DNA from: Candidatus Saccharimonadota bacterium | GTDB lineage: Bacteria; Patescibacteriota; Gracilibacteria; UBA4473 | Length of the DNA stretch: 32,000 bases | Direction: 5' to 3' | Assembly: GCA_963677105.1 (NCBI GenBank) | Contig: OY781871.1 | Coordinates: 180,001 to 212,000, forward strand | The notes under the pieces: generated by a model | Database searches by the model: none | Told to the model about the DNA's origin: nothing | The model's input: only the letters and a program-made list of their open reading frames with translations | Program-made: the position numbers and the translations under genes | Part shown: piece by piece, positions 24,346 through 32,000 of the stretch | How positions within the stretch are numbered: the stretch's first letter is position 1 | Layout: each line of letters begins with the position of its first letter

Positions 24346-25680
24346 ATGGATGAAGTTCCCCTGTTGCTTTTGTTATTAGTTCTCTCTGGATTTTTTTCTG
24401 GAGCAGAAATCGCGCTATTTTCCATAAGTCCAGCACGAATTCAAGCACTCAAAAACTTAGCTGATACCGAGAAAAAAAGAAAAAAAATTGCACGACTTGA
24501 ATCAATAAAATCTGATTCTAATAAATTATTAGTTACTATTTTGATTGGAAATAATGTAGTAAATGTTGCTGCTAGTTCAATCGCAACAATGGTCGCAATG
24601 AAGTTTGCAGATCAACTCGGTGGGACTATGAGCTCCAATTCAATTATTGGAATTGTAACGGGAATTATGACTTTTTTGATTCTTGTATTTGGAGAAATCA
24701 CACCAAAAGCGTTGTGTCACAAATATGCACTTCCCTTTTCTCTTATCGTTGCACCGGTGATCAAATTTCTAGAAATTCTTCTTTATCCACTTGTGTTGCC
24801 CATTGCAATGCTTACAAAAAAGTTTACTGGAAATAAGAAGAAATATGGACTCAGTGAAGATGAACTCAAAGCCGCTCTCGAATTATCTGAACGAGATGGA
24901 TCTATCGAATCCGCTGAACGAGAACTCGTAGAAAATGCGCTCGATTTCAACGAACACAATGTGGAAACAATTATGACGCCTCGAAGTAAAATTTTTGGAC
25001 TTGCAGATAAGACTCCTGTACCTGAAGCCTTACCGAAAATTGCGGAAGAAATGTTTTCACGAATTCCAATTTTCCACGAAACAATCGATGAAATGGTTGG
25101 AGTTCTTCGTGTACAATCATTGGTAGAAGAAATGTTGAAACCAGATTTTCAGAATAAAAATCTTGCAAATCTCTCTCTCCTCCCTCCATTTCGGGTTCCA
25201 CGAACAATGAAAATTGATACGTTATTACGCGCGTTTCAAGAGGAAAAACAACATCTTGCCTTTGTACACGATGAACACGGTGGACTTATTGGATTGATAA
25301 CTTTAGAAGACGTTGTGGAAGAAATTTTCGGAGAAATACAAGACGAAGAAGATGTCGAAGATGTACTTATTCAGCGAGTCGGACGATATAAATTCCTATG
25401 TCATTCAGATCTTGAATTAGAACAAATTGAAAAATTTTTAGCAGAAGAAATTCCGGAAGAATTCGGAAAATATCATACGCGATTACTTCCATGGAATCTG
25501 GAAGAAGAAAATCATTCGCTCGCCTATTTTTTACTCGAACGACTTGAACATTTCCCAGAAAAAGGAGAAACATTAGTATTAAAAGCAGAATCTCACACAT
25601 TCACTCTCACAATTCAGAAAATTGATGGCGAACGTATCGAAGAAGTTTTGCTTACAATTGAAAACGTAACAAAACCGTAA
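24346..25680 (+). CDS. CNNM/CorB/TlyC-family transporter (DUF21-CBS pair-CorC_HlyC)
   Basis: DUF21 N-terminus (LSGFFSGAEIALFS, GNNVVNV), GEITPK, CBS region (TPRSKIF..., HLAFVHDEHGGLIGLITLEDVVEEIFGEI), C-terminal transporter-associated domain. Confidence 0.9.
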   Translation: MDEVPLLLLLLVLSGFFSGAEIALFSISPARIQALKNLADTEKKRKKIARLESIKSDSNKLLVTILIGNNVVNVAASSIATMVAMKFADQLGGTMSSNSIIGIVTGIMTFLILVFGEITPKALCHKYALPFSLIVAPVIKFLEILLYPLVLPIAMLTKKFTGNKKKYGLSEDELKAALELSERDGSIESAERELVENALDFNEHNVETIMTPRSKIFGLADKTPVPEALPKIAEEMFSRIPIFHETIDEMVGVLRVQSLVEEMLKPDFQNKNLANLSLLPPFRVPRTMKIDTLLRAFQEEKQHLAFVHDEHGGLIGLITLEDVVEEIFGEIQDEEDVEDVLIQRVGRYKFLCHSDLELEQIEKFLAEEIPEEFGKYHTRLLPWNLEEENHSLAYFLLERLEHFPEKGETLVLKAESHTFTLTIQKIDGERIEEVLLTIENVTKP

Positions 25681-25703
25681 CACCGGAACTTTCCTTTCAT
25701 AAA

Positions 25704-25738
25704 TTTGATCTTTGTACTTTGTTATTTGATATTTTAAT
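25704..25738 (-). repeat. heptamer array ending exactly at the stop codon of the 193-aa gene
   Basis: TTTGATC TTTGTAC TTTGTTA TTTGATA TTTTAAT, then TTA (the stop at 25739-25741). Confidence 0.85.
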
Positions 25739-26320
25739 TTAAAAGGATTTCACAAAATCCTCCGCAATATTATCTAACATATTTGATTCATATTCTGTAG
25801 TAGCGCGTAACCAAAACGCAGAAAGAATTAATCGAATCCCTTGTGTAAGAAGTTCTTTATTAGAAAAATCCTTGTGAAATGACGACAAATGAAGCGTGTT
25901 AGAATGATCATCCGCAATAAGAACTAAAGAACACCATTCTGTAATTCTTTTTCGAATCACATCATTCTGCACCTCTTGTAAAAACCCTAATCCAGCTACA
26001 TCTTCCAACTCAATCTGTGATTCAATCATCTCAGCTGCCGGTCGACAAACAAGCGAAACGAATGCCAATATCGTCAAACTTGGAATTTCTTGATCAATCA
26101 TCCATGCGACCAATTTCAATAATGATGGCTGTAAATACTTAATAATTTGAGCCAACTGTCTATCATGTCCTACTGATTTTTTTTCATCTTTTTTAACAGC
26201 TGCTAAACGTGCTTGCGCAGCAGAAATCCTTGCTATTAATTGTTCCGAGGTTTCTTCTGAACCTTCCGAAATATTTCCCATCAAGAGATCGTCGAGACCA
26301 CTGGCTTGTTCTGCTCCCAT
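25739..26320 (-). CDS. hypothetical protein downstream of rpmA
   Basis: 193-aa ORF with an ATG start. Reasonable coding look but no recognised motifs. Confidence 0.5.
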   Translation of the reverse strand: MGAEQASGLDDLLMGNISEGSEETSEQLIARISAAQARLAAVKKDEKKSVGHDRQLAQIIKYLQPSLLKLVAWMIDQEIPSLTILAFVSLVCRPAAEMIESQIELEDVAGLGFLQEVQNDVIRKRITEWCSLVLIADDHSNTLHLSSFHKDFSNKELLTQGIRLILSAFWLRATTEYESNMLDNIAEDFVKSF

Positions 26321-26386
26321 ATTATATCAAAAAAATCCCCATCAGTTTGACGGAGATTTATAATTTCTGCAACTACTGTTCCTTCC

Positions 26387-26665
26387 TTATGCAGGAACGA
26401 TATTTACAAATGTTTTTTCGTAACGACGTCCATCAAAACGAATAATTGCTTTATTTGAGAATTCAACACGTCCTCCTTCAAGTGCGAATAATGTGAAATC
26501 TTTTCCAATTCCCACATTTTCACCAGGACGAAATTTTGTACCCTTTTGTCGAACTAAAATTTCCCCAGCAGAAACTGCCTGTCCTCCAAATCGTTTTACA
26601 CCACGACGTTTGGCATTGGAATCTCGACCATTACGGGAACTACCACCAGCTTTCTTATGTGCCAT
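26387..26665 (-). CDS. rpmA: 50S ribosomal protein L27
   Basis: [29 protein letters not shown]...[19 protein letters not shown]. Confidence 0.95.
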   Translation of the reverse strand: MAHKKAGGSSRNGRDSNAKRRGVKRFGGQAVSAGEILVRQKGTKFRPGENVGIGKDFTLFALEGGRVEFSNKAIIRFDGRRYEKTFVNIVPA

Positions 26666-26687
26666 TTGAGTGAATTTATTCGCCGAA

Positions 26688-26715
26688 ATCTTAGGAATAA
26701 AATAAAACTTGTCAA
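26688..26715 (-). promoter_or_regulatory. predicted rpmA promoter
   Basis: Minus strand: TTGACA-N16-TAAGAT. Confidence 0.5.
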
Positions 26716-26760
26716 ACTTTAATTAAATCGCGTTGCTTTAAATAAAAACAGAATCCCCAA

Positions 26761-26790
26761 TTTGAAGTTTGTACTTTGCTGTTTAATCTA
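26761..26790 (-). repeat. heptamer array abutting the murA stop codon
   Basis: TTTGAAG TTTGTAC TTTGCTG TTTAAT, then CTA (TAG stop). Confidence 0.8.
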
Positions 26791-28299
26791 CGCTTCAATT
26801 CTCTTCACAACTGCACCGAGCGATTCAAGTGTTTCTGGAAATTTTTCATATCCACGATCAATATATTGAACATTTGAAATACGAGTTTTCCCTTCGGCCG
26901 CTAATCCCGCTAAAACCATAGCTGCACCAGCTCTCAAGTCCCAACTCTGAACACTCGCTCCACGAAGTGGAGTTTTCCCAAAAACACGCGCCTGATGAGG
27001 ATTCATTTGTCGAACTTTTGCACCCATTTTTTCCAATTCTTGTAAATACGTAAGACGGTTTTCAAAAAGTGTTTCAAAAATCATTGATTCTCCCTCACAT
27101 TGAGTTAAAAGAACACCAAATGGTGATTGTAAATCTGTAGAAAATCCTGGGAAAATTGCTGTTTGCAATTTTGGTATCGCAACGAGTTTCTTCGGTGTTA
27201 CTACTCGCAACGCATTGTCAAGGAGTTTAAATTGTCCTCCAATGCGCTGAAATGCGCCGTAGAAACTTAATAATTCCCGATGACTTACGTTTTTTATGAG
27301 TAAATCTCCTCCAGCAATCGTAGTAGCAATGGCATATGTTCCAGCTAATAATCCGTCTGGCGGAATAACAAATTCTCCTCCATGTAAGTGAATTCCTCCA
27401 TGAATAGACAAACTGTGTGTAGCGACTCCTGTAATCTTTGCTCCCATTTGTTGCAACATACGAACCGTTGCCACGACATGGATTTCTGCTGCTGTAAAAA
27501 ATAATTCTGCAGTGTCATCACATCCTGCACAAAATAAGGCCAAATTTTCAGTGGCTGTAACAGAAGCTTCTGAAAAAAGAACTGCATTATTTTCATATTT
27601 AGGTCGAGCAAAACGAACTGTAATTTGTTCAGGTGTTTCATCTACAAACGCTCCTAATGTTCGAAATGCATCTAAGTGAGAAGCATTTGATCGTGCACCA
27701 ATTACACATCCTCCTGGCAGAGGAATTGTGACTTCATGAAAACGTGCCAACAAGGGGCCCAACATCAAAATTGTCGCTCTCATTTTTCGTGCCTTACGAC
27801 AATTCATTAGTTTTTCTGGAGATAAATTTTTTGCAGTAACAGAAACTGTTTTTGCTTCAAAATCACGAGACACTTCTACTCCAATATATTCAAAAATTTC
27901 TAATAACGTTGCTACATCTGAAATATCTGGAACATTTCGAAATAAACATTCGTCTTCCGTCAAAAGTGCTGCACATAACATTGGAAGCGTAGCATTTTTC
28001 GCTCCAGGAATAATCAATTCTCCGTGTAATTCATTTCCCCCTTCTACGTCAAAATATGGATTTTTTTTGGGAATATGTGGACGATCATTCGGACAAGAAA
28101 ATTGAATTAACTTATCTCCCCCTAATTCAAATAATTTAATTATTACTTCTGAACTATTAGGCGTTGATATTCCAGAAATCCAATTATGAACTGATTGTCT
28201 TTGCACTCCTAAATAATCTGCCAATCCTGATGGTGTCCAACGCTCTTGTTCCATCCATTCTCGTAAATCAGCATTAAACGAAATCTTCATTTCAGACAA
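26788..28299 (-). CDS. murA: UDP-N-acetylglucosamine 1-carboxyvinyltransferase with N-terminal XRE-type HTH extension
   Basis: aa 82-503 are a full MurA (LHGELIIPGAKNATLPMLCAALL, PGGCVIGARS with the catalytic Cys). aa 8-60 look like HTH_3 (WTPSGLADYLGVQRQSVHNWISG). TTG start with AAGGTGAT SD. Confidence 0.88.
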   Translation of the reverse strand: MSEMKISFNADLREWMEQERWTPSGLADYLGVQRQSVHNWISGISTPNSSEVIIKLFELGGDKLIQFSCPNDRPHIPKKNPYFDVEGGNELHGELIIPGAKNATLPMLCAALLTEDECLFRNVPDISDVATLLEIFEYIGVEVSRDFEAKTVSVTAKNLSPEKLMNCRKARKMRATILMLGPLLARFHEVTIPLPGGCVIGARSNASHLDAFRTLGAFVDETPEQITVRFARPKYENNAVLFSEASVTATENLALFCAGCDDTAELFFTAAEIHVVATVRMLQQMGAKITGVATHSLSIHGGIHLHGGEFVIPPDGLLAGTYAIATTIAGGDLLIKNVSHRELLSFYGAFQRIGGQFKLLDNALRVVTPKKLVAIPKLQTAIFPGFSTDLQSPFGVLLTQCEGESMIFETLFENRLTYLQELEKMGAKVRQMNPHQARVFGKTPLRGASVQSWDLRAGAAMVLAGLAAEGKTRISNVQYIDRGYEKFPETLESLGAVVKRIEA

Positions 28300-28323
28300 A
28301 AATAAATATCACCTTCAATAAAA

Positions 28324-28351
28324 ATACTAGAAAGTTTTACTTAAGTGTCAA
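28324..28351 (-). promoter_or_regulatory. predicted murA promoter
   Basis: Minus strand: TTGACA-N16-TAGTAT. Confidence 0.55.
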
Positions 28352-28453
28352 ATATTTCCACAATAAAACAATCCAGATTTTAAACTTTTCGACTTTTCAA
28401 TTCTTTGGTTTTTTAATTTAAGCAAAAAACTTTTAACTATTAATTATCTAAGC

Positions 28454-28499
28454 TTTGTTATTTGATATTTGTACTTTGAAGTTTTAAGCGGAGCGACTA
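28454..28499 (-). repeat. stop-codon box plus heptamer array (dgt 3' end)
   Basis: TTTGTTA TTTGATA TTTGTAC TTTGAAG TTTTAAG CGGAGCGA CTA. Gene sense: TAG TCGCTCCGCTT AAAACTTCAAAGTACAAATATCAAATAACAAA. Confidence 0.85.
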
Positions 28500-29564
28500 A
28501 ATCTTCTGTGATAAAAACTCTTCCGCATAAGCATCCGTCATTCCCGCAATGAAATCTGCAATTTTCACTTCCAAAGAATCATTACTTTTTTGTAAATACT
28601 CTGGCAATAACGATTGATTCGATTCAATTGCTAAAAATAAACGAGCAATAACTTCTTCTCCATGACGCGTTTGCTCTCGAACACTTGGCGCAGAATAGTA
28701 ATTTTTAAAAAGAAAATTCTTCAACTGAAAAAACTCTGATTTTTCTGTGTCAGTAAATCCGATTTTCCCCGTTGATAAAAGTTTTCGAGAATTCCCAATA
28801 AGCCCTTCCATAACGTTTCGTAATACTCCACGAACCACGGAAGAACGATCTTTTCCGCGCTCAGAAATTACACGATTCACGAGCGGAATTTCTTGTAAAT
28901 CAGCTATTTGAAAAAATCCTCCACGAACGCCATCTTCCAAGTCTGCCGCTAAATATGCTACTTCATCCGCTACATTTACTAATTGTGATTCCAACGATCC
29001 CGCCGTAAATTCTTTATCAACTCTATCAAAAAAAGTTTTATGTTTATCCATTCCCTCTCTTACTTCTTGTGTGAGATTTAATCCTGGAAAATCTTGATAT
29101 CGCCGTTCGAAAAAATCCACAATACGAAGTGATTGTTCGTTATGTTCGAATCGTTTTCCAAATCGTTGCAACTCTCGATCAAGTGCAAATTCTCCAGCAT
29201 GACCAAATGGTGGATGACCTAAATCATGCGCCAAAGCTATTGCTTCAGCTAAATCTTCATTTAATTCTAATTGTCTCGCTAAATCTCGAGCGATTTGAGC
29301 TACTTCAAGTGTGTGCGTTAATCTGTTGCGAAAATGATCTCCATGTCGAGGAGACACTACTTGCATTTTTCCTGCCAAACGACGGAACGCACTCGAATGT
29401 AAAATTCTATCACGATCTCGTTGAAACGGACTTCTTTCTGGATCCGCCAATTCTTCGTACCTTCTTCCTTGTGAATCTACATTCTTTTTAGCAAACTTAC
29501 ATAAGTTCGCATCTAATCGCGCATTCACGTTTGCTCCGTCTAAATGTGTACTATTTTCATTCAT
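28497..29564 (-). CDS. dgt: dGTPase-like HD-domain triphosphohydrolase
   Basis: RSPFQRDRDRILHSSAFRRL, RLTHTLEVAQIAR, AHDLGHPPFGH. ATG at 29562-29564 (a TTG lies two codons upstream). Confidence 0.9.
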   Translation of the reverse strand: MNENSTHLDGANVNARLDANLCKFAKKNVDSQGRRYEELADPERSPFQRDRDRILHSSAFRRLAGKMQVVSPRHGDHFRNRLTHTLEVAQIARDLARQLELNEDLAEAIALAHDLGHPPFGHAGEFALDRELQRFGKRFEHNEQSLRIVDFFERRYQDFPGLNLTQEVREGMDKHKTFFDRVDKEFTAGSLESQLVNVADEVAYLAADLEDGVRGGFFQIADLQEIPLVNRVISERGKDRSSVVRGVLRNVMEGLIGNSRKLLSTGKIGFTDTEKSEFFQLKNFLFKNYYSAPSVREQTRHGEEVIARLFLAIESNQSLLPEYLQKSNDSLEVKIADFIAGMTDAYAEEFLSQKI

Positions 29565-29586
29565 TTTCAAGACTTATTATGTAAAA

Positions 29587-29625
29587 TTTAGAGTTTGTAG
29601 ATTGAAGATTGCTTTCTTGCGCTCC
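29587..29625 (-). repeat. heptamer array, copy directly upstream of the dgt start
   Basis: TTTAGAG TTTGTAG ATTGAAG ATTGCTT TCTTGCGCTCC. Closest to the mfd copy (shared CAATCTTCAA.CTACAAACT.TAAATT). Confidence 0.7.
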
Positions 29626-29628
29626 CCA

Positions 29629-29808
29629 ATGATGATGGTACACTGTTCAGTGAAAATGCGCGAAAAAAATTTCGGATTCGAACTCAAACAACGCGAACAC
29701 GTTTCTTTGGAAGAATTGCGTGATATATTTTTGCAAGAAAGCATTGCCTCGTTTCCCGACAAAAGCCTTTCTACATCAATGAAATTTTGCCAAACAATTG
29801 ATGAATAA
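29629..29808 (+). CDS. possible 59-aa hypothetical protein
   Basis: Its end overlaps the ATG at 29801 of the next gene by 8 nt. No SD and no homology recognised. A competing antisense ORF is less convincing. Confidence 0.25.
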   Translation: MMMVHCSVKMREKNFGFELKQREHVSLEELRDIFLQESIASFPDKSLSTSMKFCQTIDE

Positions 29809-30418
29809 TTCCAGCCTTCCTCTTCCGGATGGTTTCGCTCCTCCGACATGGTGGGAAAAGATTTTCCCTGCGTGGATGATTGATTTTTTAGTCTTTACAA
29901 AAGAGTTTGTAGACAAACATATTTTGTGGTTTGTGTTACTGGGAATCATAATTTTATTGATAAAATTTTGGTACGATGCCGAACGCAGAAAATTTCTTCA
30001 AATCAAAAAACTTTGGACTTTTACGCTCTTTTTCTTATCGAAAAGATTAATGATGATTCCTCTTATTATAACCTTTTCTCGAAGAACCAAGAAATTGTCG
30101 AACAAAAAAATTGAACAGATTTTGTCTCTCAGAGACGAGTGTCGATCTGTTTCATTAAAAAATGATCCTCAAGAACGACTGAAACGAGAAGAAAAAATAT
30201 CAAAAGCTCTTTTTGAATTTTTTATCGATTTAGAAAGCAATGGAACACTTTCTTCTAATGCTGCTCTTACGCAAATTGCAAAAGATCTCGAATTTATTGA
30301 TAAAAAACTTGTTGAGTTGCAACTTGCCTACAACCACGAAGCACGAAAATGGAATCTTCGTAGAAATCTTGCAAAAAAAATATTAGGGCTTCCTTCTCTC
30401 ACTTTATTTAAAGGATGA
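29801..30418 (+). CDS. hypothetical membrane protein (weakly LemA-like C-terminus)
   Basis: TM HILWFVLLGIIILLI plus a second hydrophobic segment. The C-terminal LQLAYNHEARKWNLRR..LGLP loosely recalls the LemA YN..V..YN motif. Confidence 0.5.
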   Translation: MNNSSLPLPDGFAPPTWWEKIFPAWMIDFLVFTKEFVDKHILWFVLLGIIILLIKFWYDAERRKFLQIKKLWTFTLFFLSKRLMMIPLIITFSRRTKKLSNKKIEQILSLRDECRSVSLKNDPQERLKREEKISKALFEFFIDLESNGTLSSNAALTQIAKDLEFIDKKLVELQLAYNHEARKWNLRRNLAKKILGLPSLTLFKG

Positions 30419-31176
30419 TTTGGAATGCCAATCCCATTGCATTTTCTGTTTTAAACATAGATATACGTTGGTATGGACTTGTCTATGCTCTTGGATTTTT
30501 TTTCTGTGATTGGTTTGGTTGGAAACACATTTCAAAACTAAACATTGTAAATAAAAAACAGTGGGAAAATTGTATTTTAGGAACGTTTATCATCGGTGTA
30601 ATTGGAGGAAGAATTGGGGAATTTATTTTCTATTCTCCGAGTACATTTGTAACAGAACCGCTAGAAATTCTAAAAATCTGGAATGGTGGAATGTCTATTC
30701 ATGGCGGAGTTATTGCATCAATTCTTTGGATTTTATTTTGGAGTAAAAAACATAAACTTTCCCCTCTTGTATTCACGGATGCAATTGTGTTGCCATTGGC
30801 GATTGTTTTAATTTTCGGACGCTTGGCAAATTGGGCCAATGGTGAACTCTGGGGAAGACCAACTGGAACAGATTGGGGCGTAATTTTTCCACACGTTGAT
30901 TCTGTTTTGCGTCATCCGAGCCAGCTTTATGAATCCGGAAAAAATCTACTACTTTCTGGAATTCTTCTGGCAATAAGTCGTCTTTCACTCTGTCAAAAGG
31001 AAGGAATTCAAACCGTCGTGTTTTTTGCAGGATACGGAATATTACGATTTATTATTGAGTTTTATCGCGAACCAACAACGTGGCTTGGAAGTATCACAAC
31101 AGGACAGGCTTTGTGTGCAGGAATGGTTTTGTTCTCCATTATTTTGGCGTGGTCTAAAAACTTTTGGAAAAAATGA
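30415..31176 (+). CDS. lgt: prolipoprotein diacylglyceryl transferase
   Basis: IRWYGLVYALGF, MSIHGG, GRLANWANGELWGRPT, HPSQLYES. ATGA overlaps on both sides. Confidence 0.9.
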   Translation: MIWNANPIAFSVLNIDIRWYGLVYALGFFFCDWFGWKHISKLNIVNKKQWENCILGTFIIGVIGGRIGEFIFYSPSTFVTEPLEILKIWNGGMSIHGGVIASILWILFWSKKHKLSPLVFTDAIVLPLAIVLIFGRLANWANGELWGRPTGTDWGVIFPHVDSVLRHPSQLYESGKNLLLSGILLAISRLSLCQKEGIQTVVFFAGYGILRFIIEFYREPTTWLGSITTGQALCAGMVLFSIILAWSKNFWKK

Positions 31177-31454
31177 TTTTGGAAGACTATCTGACTGCAG
31201 TGAGAGAAAAATTATCTCAAAAAGGAGAAGCCATATTACAGATAAAATGTTCACCAGGCGCAGCAAAAACAGAATGGCATTCTCTTCTTGACGGAGAAAA
31301 ACTTGTAGCAAAATTACGAGTAGCAGCAGCTCCAGAACGTGGAAAAGCTAACTCAGTGATCACAAATTTTATACAAAAGGAGTTCGATTGTATTGTCGAA
31401 ATCACTTCCGGGCACACCAACAGCATCAAACTTTTAAAACTGTGGAAAAAATGA
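31173..31454 (+). CDS. DUF167 / YggU-family protein
   Basis: KCSPGAAKTE...KLRVAAAPERGKANSVITNFIQKEF...ITSGHTNSIKLLKL. The ATG overlaps the lgt TGA. Confidence 0.8.
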   Translation: MILEDYLTAVREKLSQKGEAILQIKCSPGAAKTEWHSLLDGEKLVAKLRVAAAPERGKANSVITNFIQKEFDCIVEITSGHTNSIKLLKLWKK

Positions 31455-32000
31455 GCAAAAGAAAATCATCACATTCAACCAACAGAAAAGCACTTGCAGA
31501 AAGAAAATTCGCGAAAAAAGATCTCGGACAAAATTTTTTACAATCAACTGAAGTTCGAGAAAAAATTCTTAGTGAAGCTGGGGATATAAAAGGAAAAAAT
31601 GTTCTCGAAATTGGACCTGGATTAGGATTTCTAACAGAAGCATTATTAAAAGTTGGAGCAAAATTAACGGCCGTTGAATTTGACGAACGAGCTGTACAAA
31701 TCTTGGAAAAAAAATTCAGAAATAATCCAAATTTTACACTCATTCAAGGTTCTATTTTGGATATAAATCTCGATAACCTTTTCAAAAAAGAATCATGGCA
31801 AGTAGTAGCAAATATTCCCTATCACATCACATCGCCAATTCTGAGAAAACTTCTCGCAGAAACGAAAAACAAACCTTCTTCTTGTGTATTAATGGTGCAA
31901 AAAGAAGTGGCAAAAAAAATCGCCAGAACACGTTGTGCCACAGAAAAATTGGTTGAATCACGATCCATTCTTTCTCTTTCAGTAGAAATATTCGCAGAAG
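31451..32000 (+). CDS. rsmA: 16S rRNA (adenine1518/1519-N6)-dimethyltransferase RsmA/KsgA, 3' end outside window
   Basis: Own translation: MSKRKSS...KKDLGQNFLQS...VLEIGPGLGFLTEALL...VANIPYHITSPIL. Absent from the ORF track because it runs off the window. ATGA overlap with the upstream gene. Confidence 0.9.
   Translation, partial: MSKRKSSHSTNRKALAERKFAKKDLGQNFLQSTEVREKILSEAGDIKGKNVLEIGPGLGFLTEALLKVGAKLTAVEFDERAVQILEKKFRNNPNFTLIQGSILDINLDNLFKKESWQVVANIPYHITSPILRKLLAETKNKPSSCVLMVQKEVAKKIARTRCATEKLVESRSILSLSVEIFAE

Noticed and set aside
29577-29849. Antisense or shadow ORFs (e.g. 29577-29849, 6127-6336, 315-665, 638-964, 18495-18800, 22936-23331, 27345-27641)
   Set aside because: They overlap well-supported genes on the opposite strand or read through heptamer arrays (..AIFNLQTLNFT). 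They have low-complexity or implausible composition and no start signals.
1-32000. CRISPR arrays, transposons or IS elements, prophage or defence islands
   Set aside because: No repeat-spacer periodicity of 25-40 nt is present, and no transposase, integrase, nuclease-helicase or RT-like ORFs. The only repeats are the 7-nt arrays and short boxes described above.

Overview
AT-rich, tightly packed bacterial chromosomal window. Most genes lack a Shine-Dalgarno sequence and many overlap as ATGA. Housekeeping genes dominate: pdxS/pdxT, rsmH plus an ftsL-like gene, tsaC, tRNA-Gly(UCC), rnc, nusB, rpmF, rpmE, purA, dnaA, arcC, mfd, dnaN, rpmA, murA, dgt-like, lgt, yggU-like and rsmA/ksgA. Envelope or secreted proteins are interspersed: an SLH protein, an LPXTG-anchored protein, a lipoprotein nuclease and a 1120-aa peptidoglycan-binding protein. 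The gene content and small lineage-specific ORFs look like a reduced-genome, Gram-positive-type (possibly CPR/Patescibacteria-like) organism; that assignment is inference only. The code is standard: TGA acts as a stop in several ATGA overlaps. No CRISPR array, transposase, integrase or prophage is visible. The most distinctive signal is non-coding. A family of at least 10 intergenic arrays of 4-6 phased heptamers (TTTGNAN, or NTNCAAA in gene sense) mostly starts at or within a few nt of a stop codon. Three copies carry a TAG-TCGCT(T/C)CGCT box. One pair forms a 21-nt perfect inverted repeat spanning the dnaA and mfd stop codons and bracketing arcC. Other points: a self-contained 19-codon sORF (promoter, perfect SD, terminator) between dnaN and mfd; an XRE-HTH fused to MurA; a TfoX_C gene translationally coupled inside the pdxS-pdxT operon; dnaA and dnaN separated and convergent; TGTGCAA-type boxes upstream of dnaA and phased at the rsmH promoter.
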